Shown one piece after another: positions 1-9,627 of a stretch of 64,000 bases of DNA; position 1 is the first letter of the stretch; each line of letters starts with the position of its first letter. The position numbers and the translations under genes were made by a program. This DNA is from a virus, in the IMG/VR virus record IMGVR_UViG_3300046518_000226, positions 1-64,000 of that record; one strand, 5' to 3'. Below the pieces are notes generated by a model. It made no database searches, had not been told where the DNA came from, and saw only the letters and a list, made by a program, of their open reading frames with translations.

Positions 1-44
1 AGATTTGAGCATCAGCCCAGCAATTACAGGCGGAATCCGGGTGC

Positions 45-310
45 GGGTTACCCTGCGGTAACCGGTAACCAGAAAACAGGGACACAATATTAATAAAAGA
101 ATAGATACCCCCTCCCACCCCCTCCCTATGTATCTATCTATCTCACGATCTTTATATATACCGGTTACTCAGTTACTCCTCCCTATTATTATTATTCATA
201 TTTGAATATAGATATATATAAATAAGGGGGAAAAGAGAGGTAACCACCGGGGTAACTAGGTAGGTAACCGGGGGTAACCAGCGATCTGCCGCAGGCAGTG
301 CCGTTACTGC
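45..310. other. Candidate replication origin
   Basis: GGTAAC/GTTAC repeats at about 46,57,64,163,171,239,251,263,273 around a very AT-rich tract (about 130-235). Confidence 0.55.
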
Positions 311-479
311 GCCTCTCTCAAGTCCTGCGTCTGCTACGCTGTTGCTCAATTGTGCGCATTGAGTGCCATCGGATAGCCACCCGACGAACGGCATCACGCA
401 AAATCACCCGAAACCTATTCGTGACCACGGGAATACAGGTATTATCCGCAGCAATCGAATTGACCGACAGGCGGTAGTG

Positions 480-1025
480 ATGCAGGCGCCAGGGATTGAA
501 TACTTCGAACACGAACTCATGCCCGGCAGGCCCATGTTCCGTTGCGAGGGCATGCGTGCAGACCTTCAGGTCGACAAGTGCGCCGACATGTGGCGCGAAG
601 CCAACGGAAAGAACCCTCCCGAACGCCTGGCAAAGTGCAGGAACTGCCCAATCGGTGCAGCCCATGCAGGCGAGGTCGAGTTCGAGGTGTCGCAACTGCG
701 CGGCAGCGGGATCTGTTCGAGGTGTCACCGTGGTGGGCTCAGGCTTGTCGGCGGTGACATCTGCGTCAGCTGCTGGAACCGGGCTCGCGAAGTGATCATC
801 GGCAGGAATGCGAAGGGCAAGCCCCCGACCATCCATCCTCCGCTGGCACCACGCAGCATCACCGTGCGCTCCGGTGGCGAGACGATCACGATCAAGCGCG
901 AGCACTCAGTCTGCACCGAGGAACTGGTGATCGCAGGGCTGCGAGACTGCACCCGGCAAGCGTTCTTCGGGTTCTACGCAACACGTGGAAAGATTCCTAT
1001 TAGCGTACAGGGGGAGTTGTTTTAA
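480..1025 (+). CDS. Cys-rich Zn-finger-like hypothetical protein (ORF open from 363)
   Basis: CRNC, CSRC, CVSC motifs; start codon uncertain. Confidence 0.7.
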   Translation: MQAPGIEYFEHELMPGRPMFRCEGMRADLQVDKCADMWREANGKNPPERLAKCRNCPIGAAHAGEVEFEVSQLRGSGICSRCHRGGLRLVGGDICVSCWNRAREVIIGRNAKGKPPTIHPPLAPRSITVRSGGETITIKREHSVCTEELVIAGLRDCTRQAFFGFYATRGKIPISVQGELF

Positions 1026-1433
1026 ATGGAAAATTGCGCGCAATCCGGTGATCCAGCCGTGGGCATTTCCGAGGTCGTACAAAAACGCGTGCGCGAGGGG
1101 GCGCCAATTTCCGGCGCGGAGGTGTTTAGCGCGCAAGACAATTGGCAGCTCGAACCGCACGTGTGCCGGGTCTGTTTCGGGCGCCTGGTGTCGAGGCCGG
1201 CGTTCGGCTTGCTGCGGGAGTACCGCTGCACGAACTGCGAGACGACCAGCCAGCACACCGATGCCTCCGTGGCGTGCTGTTGCGGGATCAAGGTGCGCAA
1301 GCGGAACAGCACGGGGCGCCACGGCGGCGTGATGATCGATGCCGGGATCCGCTGCATCGTCAATCCCGAGAAAAGCCCAGCGTTCCCAGCGGCTTACGTC
1401 GCGTCGGAAGTGGTCAAGGTGAAGCGCACCTGA
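1026..1433 (+). CDS. Zn-finger-like hypothetical protein
   Basis: CRVC, CTNC, CCC; abuts the upstream stop. Confidence 0.7.
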   Translation: MENCAQSGDPAVGISEVVQKRVREGAPISGAEVFSAQDNWQLEPHVCRVCFGRLVSRPAFGLLREYRCTNCETTSQHTDASVACCCGIKVRKRNSTGRHGGVMIDAGIRCIVNPEKSPAFPAAYVASEVVKVKRT

Positions 1434-1520
1434 TTGTCAATCAGGGTCTCTGCTCCCTAAGTTGTTGATTTGTAAGGCTCTGGCAACTGCGCTCTGATTT
1501 TCGGGCGCAGGTTGGGCGCA
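1429..1520 (+). repeat. Composite core-IHF-tandem repeat site, copy 1
   Basis: CCTGA-TTGTCAA-TCAGG; IHF consensus on the reverse strand 1458-1470; TTTCGGGCGCAGGTTGGGCGCA 1499-1520. Confidence 0.85.
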
Positions 1521-1625
1521 AAGCAAAGTTCGCTCCCACGGTGAAACAGCAACAAATCAGGTGGGCATTAATCAAATCCGAGTTGTATACTGACCACTTC
1601 GCTCCCACAACACGAGAGAAAGGGC

Positions 1626-1952
1626 ATGACACACGAATTCAAGCCATCTGACCCAGCGCTGATCATCGGCGCGTTCAGCTTGACCCAGAACATCGGCAAG
1701 CAATGCGAGCTGATCCAGTTCGTTCAAACCGACGAGATCTACACCGCACCGAATGGCATCACGTACCAGCACGCCGACGTGCCGTCTTGGATCGTTCGCG
1801 GCGAAGGTATGTGCCAATGGTTCGACGATGGAACCGTCCAGCAAAGCGACTGGGGTGTATGCGCGCCGCAGCACCTGATGCCGATCCGCGGTGATGAGAA
1901 CCCCGACGCCCAACTGGCGACCAGCGCCCCGCGCCAGGCGGTGACCGTATGA
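1626..1952 (+). CDS. Phage hypothetical protein
   Basis: RBS and upstream TATACT (1586-1591); first gene of an overlapping string. Confidence 0.75.
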   Translation: MTHEFKPSDPALIIGAFSLTQNIGKQCELIQFVQTDEIYTAPNGITYQHADVPSWIVRGEGMCQWFDDGTVQQSDWGVCAPQHLMPIRGDENPDAQLATSAPRQAVTV

Positions 1953-2305
1953 GCCGGGTCTACATCTCCGGCCCCATGACCGGCCTGCCAGAATTCAACT
2001 ACCCCGCGTTCAACGCTGCCGCTGCCCAGCTCCGCGCCGCCGGCCTGCACGTCGAGAACCCGGCCGAGAGCCCTGCGCCTGAGTGCAACAGCTGGCTCGG
2101 GTTCATGCGCCTGGCCGTCGCTCAACTGGCGACCTGCGACTACGTCGTCACGCTGCCCGGCTGGGAGAACTCCAAGGGTGCCCGCGTCGAGGTTGATCTG
2201 GCTCGCGCCCTGGGCTTCCCGGTCAAGCCGCTGCACGAGTTCCTGCGCATCGCCGAGCTGTGGCTGGCTGAGCCGACCGTCGTGACACGAGGCTCCGATG
2301 TATGA
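1949..2305 (+). CDS. DUF4406 / nucleoside deoxyribosyltransferase-like protein
   Basis: VYISGPMTG..FNYPAF, NPAE, LPGWENSKGARVE. Confidence 0.85.
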   Translation: MSRVYISGPMTGLPEFNYPAFNAAAAQLRAAGLHVENPAESPAPECNSWLGFMRLAVAQLATCDYVVTLPGWENSKGARVEVDLARALGFPVKPLHEFLRIAELWLAEPTVVTRGSDV

Positions 2306-3612
2306 GCCTGACCACGAACCTACCCTACGCCCTATGTCTGGGCGATTGCCTGGAGACGCTGCGCACGCTGCCGGATTGTTCGGTCGATAGCGTGGTGACA
2401 GATCCGCCCTACGGAATCCGGTTCATGGGCAAGAGCTGGGACGGCGAGGACATCGAGGCCCGCGCCGCTTACCGGGCCAGCATGCCGTCTCACGCTCCAG
2501 CCTGTGGCCCGAACGGCGGTCACCGCTCAGTCGCCGCCGAGGCCGGCAAGTACGACCTGACGCCCGAGGGTATGCGCGCCTTCCAGGCCTTCACGCTGGA
2601 ATGGGCCACCGAGTGCCTGCGCGTGCTCAAGCCTGGCGGTCACCTGCTGTCGTTCGCCGCTGCCCGCACCTACCACCACATGGCGGTCGGCATCGAGATG
2701 GCTGGCTTCGAGATCCGCGACCAGATCATGTGGGTGTTCGGCTCGGGCTTCCCGAAGTCGCACAACCTCAAGGGCGAGCACGACGGCAAGGGCACCGCGC
2801 TGAAGCCTGCGCATGAGCCAATCTGCATGGCCCGCAAGCCGTTCACCGGCACTGTCGCGGCCAATGTCGCCGTCCACGGCACCGGAGCGCTGAACATCGA
2901 CGCCTGCCGGATCCACGGCGCCGACGCGCAGGCTACCGAGTACACCCAGAAGCGGATGGCTCCCGGCCACGTGGTCAACGACACCGGCGCCTGGAAACAG
3001 GACGCGCAGTTCACCGGAACGCTGAAGGCTGGCCGCTGGCCCGCGAACCTGATCCACGACGGCAGCCCTGAGGTGGTGGTGATGTTCCCTGCGGAGGCCG
3101 GCGCCTCGTCGCGCGTCCGCGGCACCGAGGCCAGCGCCGCCAGTGTCGGGCTCATCACCGGGCACCGCGATCGGGTTGAGGGCGCCTTCCACGGCGACAG
3201 CGGCAGCGCAGCCCGGTTTTTCTACTGCGCCAAGACCAGCCGCACTGATCGGCACGAGGGCCTGACCAATCCCGGCCCGCAGTTCACCCGCGGCACCACC
3301 CTACGCAAGGTCGAGAACACCCCGACGACCGGGAACAACCACCCCACGGTCAAACCCACCGACCTCATGGCCTACCTGCTGCGCCTGGTGACCCCGGCCG
3401 GCGGCGTGGCGCTCGATCCGTTCATGGGCAGCGGCAGCACCGGCAAGGCAGCGATGCGCGAGGGCTTCCGGTTCATCGGGTGCGAGCTGGACGAGGCCTA
3501 CATGGCAATCGCCCGGGCACGCATCGAGCATGAGCATGACAAGGTGTCGGCAGCTGCTGAGCTGACCGCTGCCATGCCCGCTCAAGTCGACATGTTCGAG
3601 GCCCTGGCATGA
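2302..3612 (+). CDS. N6A/N4C DNA methyltransferase (beta class)
   Basis: DPPY near the N-terminus; HPTVKP and DPFMGSGSTG near the C-terminus. Confidence 0.95.
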   Translation: MSLTTNLPYALCLGDCLETLRTLPDCSVDSVVTDPPYGIRFMGKSWDGEDIEARAAYRASMPSHAPACGPNGGHRSVAAEAGKYDLTPEGMRAFQAFTLEWATECLRVLKPGGHLLSFAAARTYHHMAVGIEMAGFEIRDQIMWVFGSGFPKSHNLKGEHDGKGTALKPAHEPICMARKPFTGTVAANVAVHGTGALNIDACRIHGADAQATEYTQKRMAPGHVVNDTGAWKQDAQFTGTLKAGRWPANLIHDGSPEVVVMFPAEAGASSRVRGTEASAASVGLITGHRDRVEGAFHGDSGSAARFFYCAKTSRTDRHEGLTNPGPQFTRGTTLRKVENTPTTGNNHPTVKPTDLMAYLLRLVTPAGGVALDPFMGSGSTGKAAMREGFRFIGCELDEAYMAIARARIEHEHDKVSAAAELTAAMPAQVDMFEALA

Positions 3613-4004
3613 ACGCCTGTAGCTGGGTTGCCCCGATGGTCACCCTGCTCGACGGCCGCATCGTGCCCAGCGACAGCGAGGAGTGGCGTGCGGAATGCGA
3701 GGCGCGCCACATGCTCAGCTTCCCGCTCGGGCTCGATCGCGGAATGACGGGCGAGACCCGCAAAACCGCTCTTGAGCGCATCGGTCAGAAGCGAGGCCCT
3801 GAAGCCATGGCCGCCCTCAGCGAGGCCATGAGCGCCTGCGAGCCAGACCACGTCCTCAGGCTGCCGAACAAGCACCAGCGCAATCGGTACATCGAGGCCG
3901 TGAGCCACTTCGTCGGCGAGAACGCTGCCGAGCACCTGAAGCAGCGCGTGATGGCGCTGCACAAGGCCCGCGCCGCAAGTAATTGCGCCGAGTCATCAGC
4001 GTGA
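3609..4004 (+). CDS. Phage hypothetical protein
   Basis: ATGA overlap; SEEWRAECEAR motif. Confidence 0.75.
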   Translation: MNACSWVAPMVTLLDGRIVPSDSEEWRAECEARHMLSFPLGLDRGMTGETRKTALERIGQKRGPEAMAALSEAMSACEPDHVLRLPNKHQRNRYIEAVSHFVGENAAEHLKQRVMALHKARAASNCAESSA

Positions 4005-4059
4005 TGCATAATTGATCAACGCCGCCGTGGGCTGCACGGAAACACTAGGGGAAAGGATA

Positions 4060-4254
4060 GTGAAACTACTCAGAGCTTTGTGGGATGGTTTAGGGGACGA
4101 CAGGCTGGGCCTGCTGCTTGCTGGCGGGACGCTTGTCATAGCGATCACGGAACTCAAATCTGGTGACTACACGGCTGCTGTGATCGACTTGGCCTTCGCA
4201 GCAACCATCGGCTACTTCGCATGGCGCGACATTGGCCGGGCGGTGCGCTCGTGA
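4060..4254 (+). CDS. Small membrane protein
   Basis: GAAAGGA RBS + GTG; two hydrophobic stretches. Confidence 0.6.
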   Translation: MKLLRALWDGLGDDRLGLLLAGGTLVIAITELKSGDYTAAVIDLAFAATIGYFAWRDIGRAVRS

Positions 4255-4430
4255 ACGCCTTCGAGTTCATGTCGGGCAACCCGCTGCTGACCCTGCTGCT
4301 GGTCTACATCGTGGCGCGGTACGGCTTCCGCTGCTGGAACCGCTTGATGCGCCACCTGAACATCCGCAAGCACGGCTGGCCGCCTGCCCACCTCGACGCC
4401 GATGGTGACTTCGAGGATGACCAGCCATGA
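4251..4430 (+). CDS. Small membrane protein
   Basis: GTGA overlap; one TM segment; GWPPAHLDADGD tail. Confidence 0.65.
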   Translation: MNAFEFMSGNPLLTLLLVYIVARYGFRCWNRLMRHLNIRKHGWPPAHLDADGDFEDDQP

Positions 4431-4630
4431 GCCAGTCCTACCTCTGCTTGGGCGGCCCGCATGACGGTAAGCGCCTTGCCCACGATGGCACCGTGTACCG
4501 GGTGGTTATCGCGCCCGATCCGCAAACAACCCAGCCCTATCCCGGTCAATGCCCGGTGCGAGATGTGGGTATCACCCGCGAGTACCACCTGCAAATGCGC
4601 GGCGACGTGCCGGTCTGGGTGTTCCAATGA
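4427..4630 (+). CDS. Hypothetical protein
   Basis: ATGA overlap; GGPHDG motif common in small phage proteins. Confidence 0.65.
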   Translation: MSQSYLCLGGPHDGKRLAHDGTVYRVVIAPDPQTTQPYPGQCPVRDVGITREYHLQMRGDVPVWVFQ

Positions 4631-4920
4631 CCGCCCGGTTGCAGGTCATGGCCTGCACCGGCAAGTTCCAATACGCGTGGACGCTCGTGAAGAACGTCCG
4701 CAGTGGCTACCGCCGCGCCCAGCGCTGCGATGACCGTGACGGCCCGTACAGCAAGATCCGGTGGGTCAAATGAAGATCGTCGCCCTGCTGTACGTGCTGG
4801 ACGAGCCGATAGAGTTCGAGATGCGCGCTTACCTGCGCCGCACCTGGTGGGGAATGAACCGGGTGCGCGCGTGAACAAAGACCAACCTACCCCGCCGGCG
4901 AGCCCGGCCTTGGAGCACGT

Positions 4921-5157
4921 GTGACACAAGCCCCACGCCACCACATGACCGGCAAGGGCGGCAAGCCGCTCATGACCGACGCGCAGGTTCTCGAAGCGCG
5001 AGCCCTGCAGGACTTCGCCGACTGGTCGCTCGACCAGGTGCAGGAGCGCTTCCCTCAGATCCAGCGCGACACCCTGAAGGCGATCCTCGACTACCGGAAC
5101 CGGAGCCGCCTGATCCCGAAAGAACACCACCTGCCAACTGGCGTGGAGGCTGTATGA
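4921..5157 (+). CDS. Small HTH-like protein, paralog A
   Basis: Shares LMTDAQ.LEARAL...RSRL...HLP..VEAV with the next gene. Confidence 0.75.
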   Translation: MTQAPRHHMTGKGGKPLMTDAQVLEARALQDFADWSLDQVQERFPQIQRDTLKAILDYRNRSRLIPKEHHLPTGVEAV

Positions 5158-5498
5158 CTTGGGCTACCAGTGCACACGGCAGCAAGAACATGAAGCTTTC
5201 TGGCGCCGCGATGAGCGTTGCCAATGCCTGCCTTGCTGAGTCCGTAAATACGGCCATCGCAAAGCGGAAAGCTGATCGAGAAGCCGAGCCAAAGCGTCGA
5301 GGCGCACACTCGCTGATGACCGACGCTCAGATCCTGGAGGCCCGCGCCCTGAGCGAGTTCGCCGGCTGGAGCCGCGCCAGTCTGGAGGAGCGCTTTGGCG
5401 TCGACACCGCCACGATGAAGCGCGTGCTGTCGGGCGTTACCCGTTCACGCCTGGTGGCAAGCCGCAAACACCTGCCCGCCGACGTGGAGGCCGTATGA
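5154..5498 (+). CDS. Small HTH-like protein, paralog B
   Basis: Paralog of 4921-5157; ATGA overlap. Confidence 0.75.
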   Translation: MTWATSAHGSKNMKLSGAAMSVANACLAESVNTAIAKRKADREAEPKRRGAHSLMTDAQILEARALSEFAGWSRASLEERFGVDTATMKRVLSGVTRSRLVASRKHLPADVEAV

Positions 5499-5893
5499 GC
5501 CAGGCCGCCTTGTCGCAGGAGCTGCAAGCCGGTGTGGACGAGTTCCTGCGCCGTGGCGGCACCATCACCCAACTGAACTGGGCGGGCGTGCCGATCGATG
5601 GAACGCCGGTGGAGCCGAAGCCGGTGCGTTCCTACGGGCGTGAGTACGAGCGCGTGGCGGCCGAGAAGGCGCTGAAGGCAAAGGCCGCTCCGGCGCCGGC
5701 GGTAGTGATCCCCGAGCCCGTGGTGACGCGGCGCGTCGATCCGCAGCCTGAACCAGCCCCCTGCATCATCGCCGAGCTGCGTAGCATCCGTGCTGAGGCG
5801 CGCCGGTTGATCGCCCACGTGGACACCCTGGCGGCGGCAATGCAGCGCGACTCTGATACGGAATCAGGGTTTCACAGCAGCCAGACCCAATAG
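5495..5893 (+). CDS. Hypothetical protein
   Basis: ATGA overlap; VDEFLRRGGTITQL motif. Confidence 0.7.
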   Translation: MSQAALSQELQAGVDEFLRRGGTITQLNWAGVPIDGTPVEPKPVRSYGREYERVAAEKALKAKAAPAPAVVIPEPVVTRRVDPQPEPAPCIIAELRSIRAEARRLIAHVDTLAAAMQRDSDTESGFHSSQTQ

Positions 5894-5943
5894 AATCAAC
5901 GACTTACCAACAGCAACACCATTTCGGGCGCCATTCGGGCGCA
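5852..5943 (+). repeat. Composite core-IHF-tandem repeat site, copy 2
   Basis: TCTGA-TACGGAA-TCAGG; AATCAACGACTTA 5894-5906; TTTCGGGCGCCATTCGGGCGCA 5922-5943. Confidence 0.85.
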
Positions 5944-5981
5944 AAAACCAGCCTGAAAGGGCAAAAACTGAGACCACCGCT

Positions 5982-6368
5982 ATGAGCGAGCTTCAAGAAT
6001 TCGTCGAACACATCCAGACCTGGCACGCGAACCAGATGGGCCAGCTGAAGACCATCCTCGACGCGCCGAAGGGCACCGAGATCCGACTGGGCGCTGCTGA
6101 GGATGCCATCGTGCTGACTGGCGACAAGGCCGAAGGCTTCCGCATGGGCGTCATCGTCGCGCAGAGCTTCCTGGGCAAACTGCCGTTCTCGGTCGAGATC
6201 AACGCGCCCGATGAGGATGACGACCTCGCCGGCCGCAACCTGGACATGGTCAAGGGCGTCGAGGTCATCGACACCGCCACCGGCCTACCGAAGGCCTGCG
6301 CCTCCGACTGCGCCACCAACAACCGCGGCTGCCCCGAGCTGCTGGGGCCGTGCGACTGCAAGGCCTGA
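5982..6368 (+). CDS. Phage hypothetical protein
   Basis: Phage-like codon bias; LGKLPF motif; Cys-rich tail. Confidence 0.75.
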   Translation: MSELQEFVEHIQTWHANQMGQLKTILDAPKGTEIRLGAAEDAIVLTGDKAEGFRMGVIVAQSFLGKLPFSVEINAPDEDDDLAGRNLDMVKGVEVIDTATGLPKACASDCATNNRGCPELLGPCDCKA

Positions 6369-6398
6369 CCATTCCCCCGCCGGCTTTCGGGCCGGCAC

Positions 6399-6728
6399 TC
6401 ACTCCGCCTCGCGCAGACGCCCCGCCACCCAATCGTTCAGGCTCACCCCGTGGGCAGCAGCAGCCACCACCGCCTTCTCGTGCAGCTCGGGATCCAGCCT
6501 GACGTTGAACTTGCCCGAGAACTTCCGGAACGGCTCGTACCCAGCTTCCTTGCAGTCCTCCAGGTAGACACGCAGCGACACTGAGCCTTCCTTGCGCAGC
6601 TGCTCCACGTCCTTGGCGTAGAAGTCCGCCCCGCCGCTCAGGCCGATGAACTCGCCGCGGAACATCTCAATCTCGGGATCGAATGCGATGATCGCCTTCT
6701 GCCCGTCGATGGTCATCACGTTGATCAT
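6399..6728 (-). CDS. hicB: HicB family antitoxin
   Basis: MFRGEFIGLSGGADFYA...FSGKFNVRLDPELH...SLNDWV; starts at MINVM. Confidence 0.92.
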   Translation of the reverse strand: MINVMTIDGQKAIIAFDPEIEMFRGEFIGLSGGADFYAKDVEQLRKEGSVSLRVYLEDCKEAGYEPFRKFSGKFNVRLDPELHEKAVVAAAAHGVSLNDWVAGRLREAE

Positions 6729-6979
6729 GGCTTCACTCCGTTCGCCTTCAGCCACTTGCGCAGGTCTGCCACGGCGCCCTTGTCGGTGTCGGGCTTCGGG
6801 TGCGGCCGGTGGAAGACCTTCACCTGCCCGAACAGCTTCACCGACACGCGCGACCCTTCCCGCTCGGTGATCGTGGCGCCGAGGGACTTCAGCAGCGCCT
6901 CGACGTCGGGCCACTTCACTGACCCGCTGGCGGGCCTGGCGAAAATCTGTTCGAGCGTGGTCTGGTGCGGGCGCCTCAT
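6725..6979 (-). CDS. hicA: HicA family toxin
   Basis: WPDVEALL..LGA...EGSRV...FHRPHP; overlaps hicB. Confidence 0.92.
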   Translation of the reverse strand: MRRPHQTTLEQIFARPASGSVKWPDVEALLKSLGATITEREGSRVSVKLFGQVKVFHRPHPKPDTDKGAVADLRKWLKANGVKP

Positions 6980-7209
6980 GCCATCGTGGTACTGGAATTT
7001 GGTACTGCGAGCAAGGCGCCGCAAGCCTGATCACGCTTGGTTGATCAAAAAAATAACAGCACCAAAAGCCTCCAACCTTCACCCATGTTCACGATTGTTC
7101 CTGCCTTCACGCGAGTCATCCCGAACAGTCCCGATTAGTCCCAAAATGCTCTCTTGCGACGCGCAAGCACATCAAAGATAAGTGACTTACCGCAACAGGG
7201 AGTTGAGCA

Positions 7210-7461
7210 ATGGCCCAGAACAATAGCGCCAACGATCAGATTTACTCGAACCTTAGCGACTTCGTGAAACAGAGCCGTAAGGCAGGCAACCGAGATATCG
7301 ATGTCTGGAATATCATTGGCCATAACTACGACATGGAGGCCGATGAAATATCGGAAACTCTGGACATGTCGGTGGAGGATGTCATCGACAGCATGTGGCG
7401 GTTGCTGTCGGTAGGCGCAATCTCGATCTATGACTGTGAGACCGGGCATACAATTCAATAG
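7210..7461 (+). CDS. Small winged-HTH-like protein, lower GC
   Basis: GGGAG RBS; ADEISETLDMSVEDV...LLSVGAI pattern. Confidence 0.6.
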   Translation: MAQNNSANDQIYSNLSDFVKQSRKAGNRDIDVWNIIGHNYDMEADEISETLDMSVEDVIDSMWRLLSVGAISIYDCETGHTIQ

Positions 7462-7480
7462 CGCTTAAGGCGCTCCGGCG

Positions 7481-7495
7481 TCGTGATGCGACCCT
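7481..7495 (+). promoter_or_regulatory. Late-promoter motif
   Basis: TCGTGA-tgc-GACCCT upstream of the terS candidate. Confidence 0.7.
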
Positions 7496-7525
7496 CATTC
7501 CAGACCTCAACCTCTGGACTGAACT

Positions 7526-8071
7526 GTGTCAAACGATACCGACTTCACCACCCGAATGGGCGCCGCGCGGATCCTCTACGAGGGTTCGCACGGCATGACC
7601 CTCGGCGAGCTGGCCGAACTGAGCGGCCTGCCCCTGCGCAGCCTCAAGATCTACTCCCGCGACGAGGAGTGGAAGAAGCACCTCTCCACGAAGCACGGCG
7701 GGCGGTCGCCTGAGGCCGAGCAAGCACTTGCGTGGTTGCAGGGCGTTCCCGTCTCCGCCGAGACCGAGGGCCAGGAGGTCATCACCGCCGAGGAGGCCAG
7801 GGCGATCGAGACGCTGTCGGATCCCCTGCCGGCCGAGCGTGAAGCTTTGCTGTCCCGCCACAAGGAGGAGTGGAAGACCCCGCGCGGACTGGCAGCCGAG
7901 GCCGTGAAGTTGCGCGAGTCCAACCCGGGCAAGGCCTTCGAGCGCGCCAAGATGGCGAAGATCGTCAGCGAGAGCCTGACCCTGATCCAGGCTGGCGAGC
8001 GCCGCGCCCACGGCATCGACAAGCCAGACGGCAATCACACCGTGGTGCTTGAGCGAGGCGCATCGGTATGA
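7526..8071 (+). CDS. Putative terminase small subunit
   Basis: N-terminal HTH ending ..EEWKK, helical IQAGERRAHGI C-terminus, late motif upstream, followed by a ParB-MTase. Confidence 0.55.
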   Translation: MSNDTDFTTRMGAARILYEGSHGMTLGELAELSGLPLRSLKIYSRDEEWKKHLSTKHGGRSPEAEQALAWLQGVPVSAETEGQEVITAEEARAIETLSDPLPAEREALLSRHKEEWKTPRGLAAEAVKLRESNPGKAFERAKMAKIVSESLTLIQAGERRAHGIDKPDGNHTVVLERGASV

Positions 8072-9573
8072 CCGACCTCAGCCGAATGATGGGCCTCGAC
8101 GTGGACATCCCGAAGATCACCCTGCGCCCGATCGAGGGGCTGGTGGCCTACGCGAACAACTCGCGCACGCACTCGCCCAAGCAGGTCGAGGAGATCAAGG
8201 CGAGCCTGATGGAGTTCGGCTGGACTAACCCGGTGCTGGCCGACGACATGGGCACCGTGGCCGGGCATGGCCGCACCCTGGCAGCCTCGGAGCTGTACCG
8301 CGAGGGCAAGCAGATCAAGTTCCCCAGTGGCGCCCCCATCCCGATCGGGCTGGTGCCGGTGGTCGACTGCACCGGCTGGAGCACTGCCCAGCGCCGGGCC
8401 TACATCATCGCCGACAACAAGCTGGCCCTGAACGCCGGCTGGGACGTGGAATTGCTCAGCCTCGAACTGACCGACCTCAACGCCGAGGGCTTCGACCTGT
8501 CGCTTACCGGCTTCGATGATGATGAGCTGGCCGAGCTGCTGCTGCCCGATGTCGAGGAGCCGCCGGATACCGATCCGGACGAGGCGCCGCCCCTCGCCGA
8601 TGAGGCCGTGTCGGTGCCTGGCGATGTCTGGATCCTCGGGCCGCACCGGGTCTGCTGCGGCGACAGCACGAGCGTCGACGACTGGGATCGCCTCATGGAA
8701 GGCGAGCGCGCGGACATCTGCTGGACTGACCCGCCCTACAACGTGGACGTGGGCCGCAAGAACCGGCTCATGGACACGGTCGATGGCCAGTCCCGCAGCG
8801 CCACCGGCTCGATCAAGAACGACAAGATGGGCGACGCCGAGTTCGCCGAGTTCATGGCCGAGATCTACGGCGCCGTGCTGGTGCAGCTCAAGCCAGGCGC
8901 GCCGATCTACGTGGCCCATGCCGACCGCACCGGCGACGTGTTCCGCAACGCCTTCACCGCGGCGGGCTTCCACTTCAGCCAGACGCTCATCTGGAAGAAG
9001 AACAACATCGCCCTGGGCGTCAGTGACTACCAGAACCTGCACGAGCCGATCCTGTACGGCTGGCGCCCGGGCAGCAAGCACAAGTGGCACGGTGGCCGGA
9101 AGAACAAGACCGTCATCGAGCTGGGCGAAGGTGGCCCGATCACCCGCATGGAGGACGGCCGCTGGTGCATCAAGATCGGCGATCAGGTGCTGGTGGTGGA
9201 TGGCGAGGCCACCCTGCAGGAGAGCCCGTCGTCGGTGATCTTCGAGCCGAAGCCGGCGAAGTCGGGCCTGCACCCGACGCAGAAGCCCGTGGCCCTTGTC
9301 GAGCGCATGCTGACCAACTCCGCTCGAGCTGGTGACCTGGTGATCGACGCGTTCGGCGGCTCGGGCACCACCCTGCTCGCCGCCGATCGCCTCGGCATGT
9401 CGGCCAGGCTGATGGAGCTGGATCCGCGCTTCGCCGACGTGATCGTGCGTCGCTGGCAGGACTACACCGGCCGCCGGGCACACCACGCCGCGACTGGCGA
9501 GCTGTTCCCCGGCGCCGATGAGGAGCGTGCGCCGCCACCTGCTCCGTCCGATGATGATGCCGACGTGTTCTGA
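8068..9573 (+). CDS. ParB-like N-domain fused DNA methyltransferase
   Basis: YANNSRTHS..Q..EFGWTNP..AGHGR..IADNKL; DPPY; HPTQKP; FGGSGTT. Confidence 0.93.
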   Translation: MTDLSRMMGLDVDIPKITLRPIEGLVAYANNSRTHSPKQVEEIKASLMEFGWTNPVLADDMGTVAGHGRTLAASELYREGKQIKFPSGAPIPIGLVPVVDCTGWSTAQRRAYIIADNKLALNAGWDVELLSLELTDLNAEGFDLSLTGFDDDELAELLLPDVEEPPDTDPDEAPPLADEAVSVPGDVWILGPHRVCCGDSTSVDDWDRLMEGERADICWTDPPYNVDVGRKNRLMDTVDGQSRSATGSIKNDKMGDAEFAEFMAEIYGAVLVQLKPGAPIYVAHADRTGDVFRNAFTAAGFHFSQTLIWKKNNIALGVSDYQNLHEPILYGWRPGSKHKWHGGRKNKTVIELGEGGPITRMEDGRWCIKIGDQVLVVDGEATLQESPSSVIFEPKPAKSGLHPTQKPVALVERMLTNSARAGDLVIDAFGGSGTTLLAADRLGMSARLMELDPRFADVIVRRWQDYTGRRAHHAATGELFPGADEERAPPPAPSDDDADVF

Positions 9574-9627
9574 TGACTTGTCCGCTGCCAAGCTTTAAGG
9601 AGCCCGGTTTCAACCAGTGGTAGCGGC

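Noticed and set aside
3998-4012. Late motif at GCGTGA-tg-CATAAT (and TCGTGA at 419)
   Set aside because: Spacing or hexamer does not fit the N3-nAnnnT pattern
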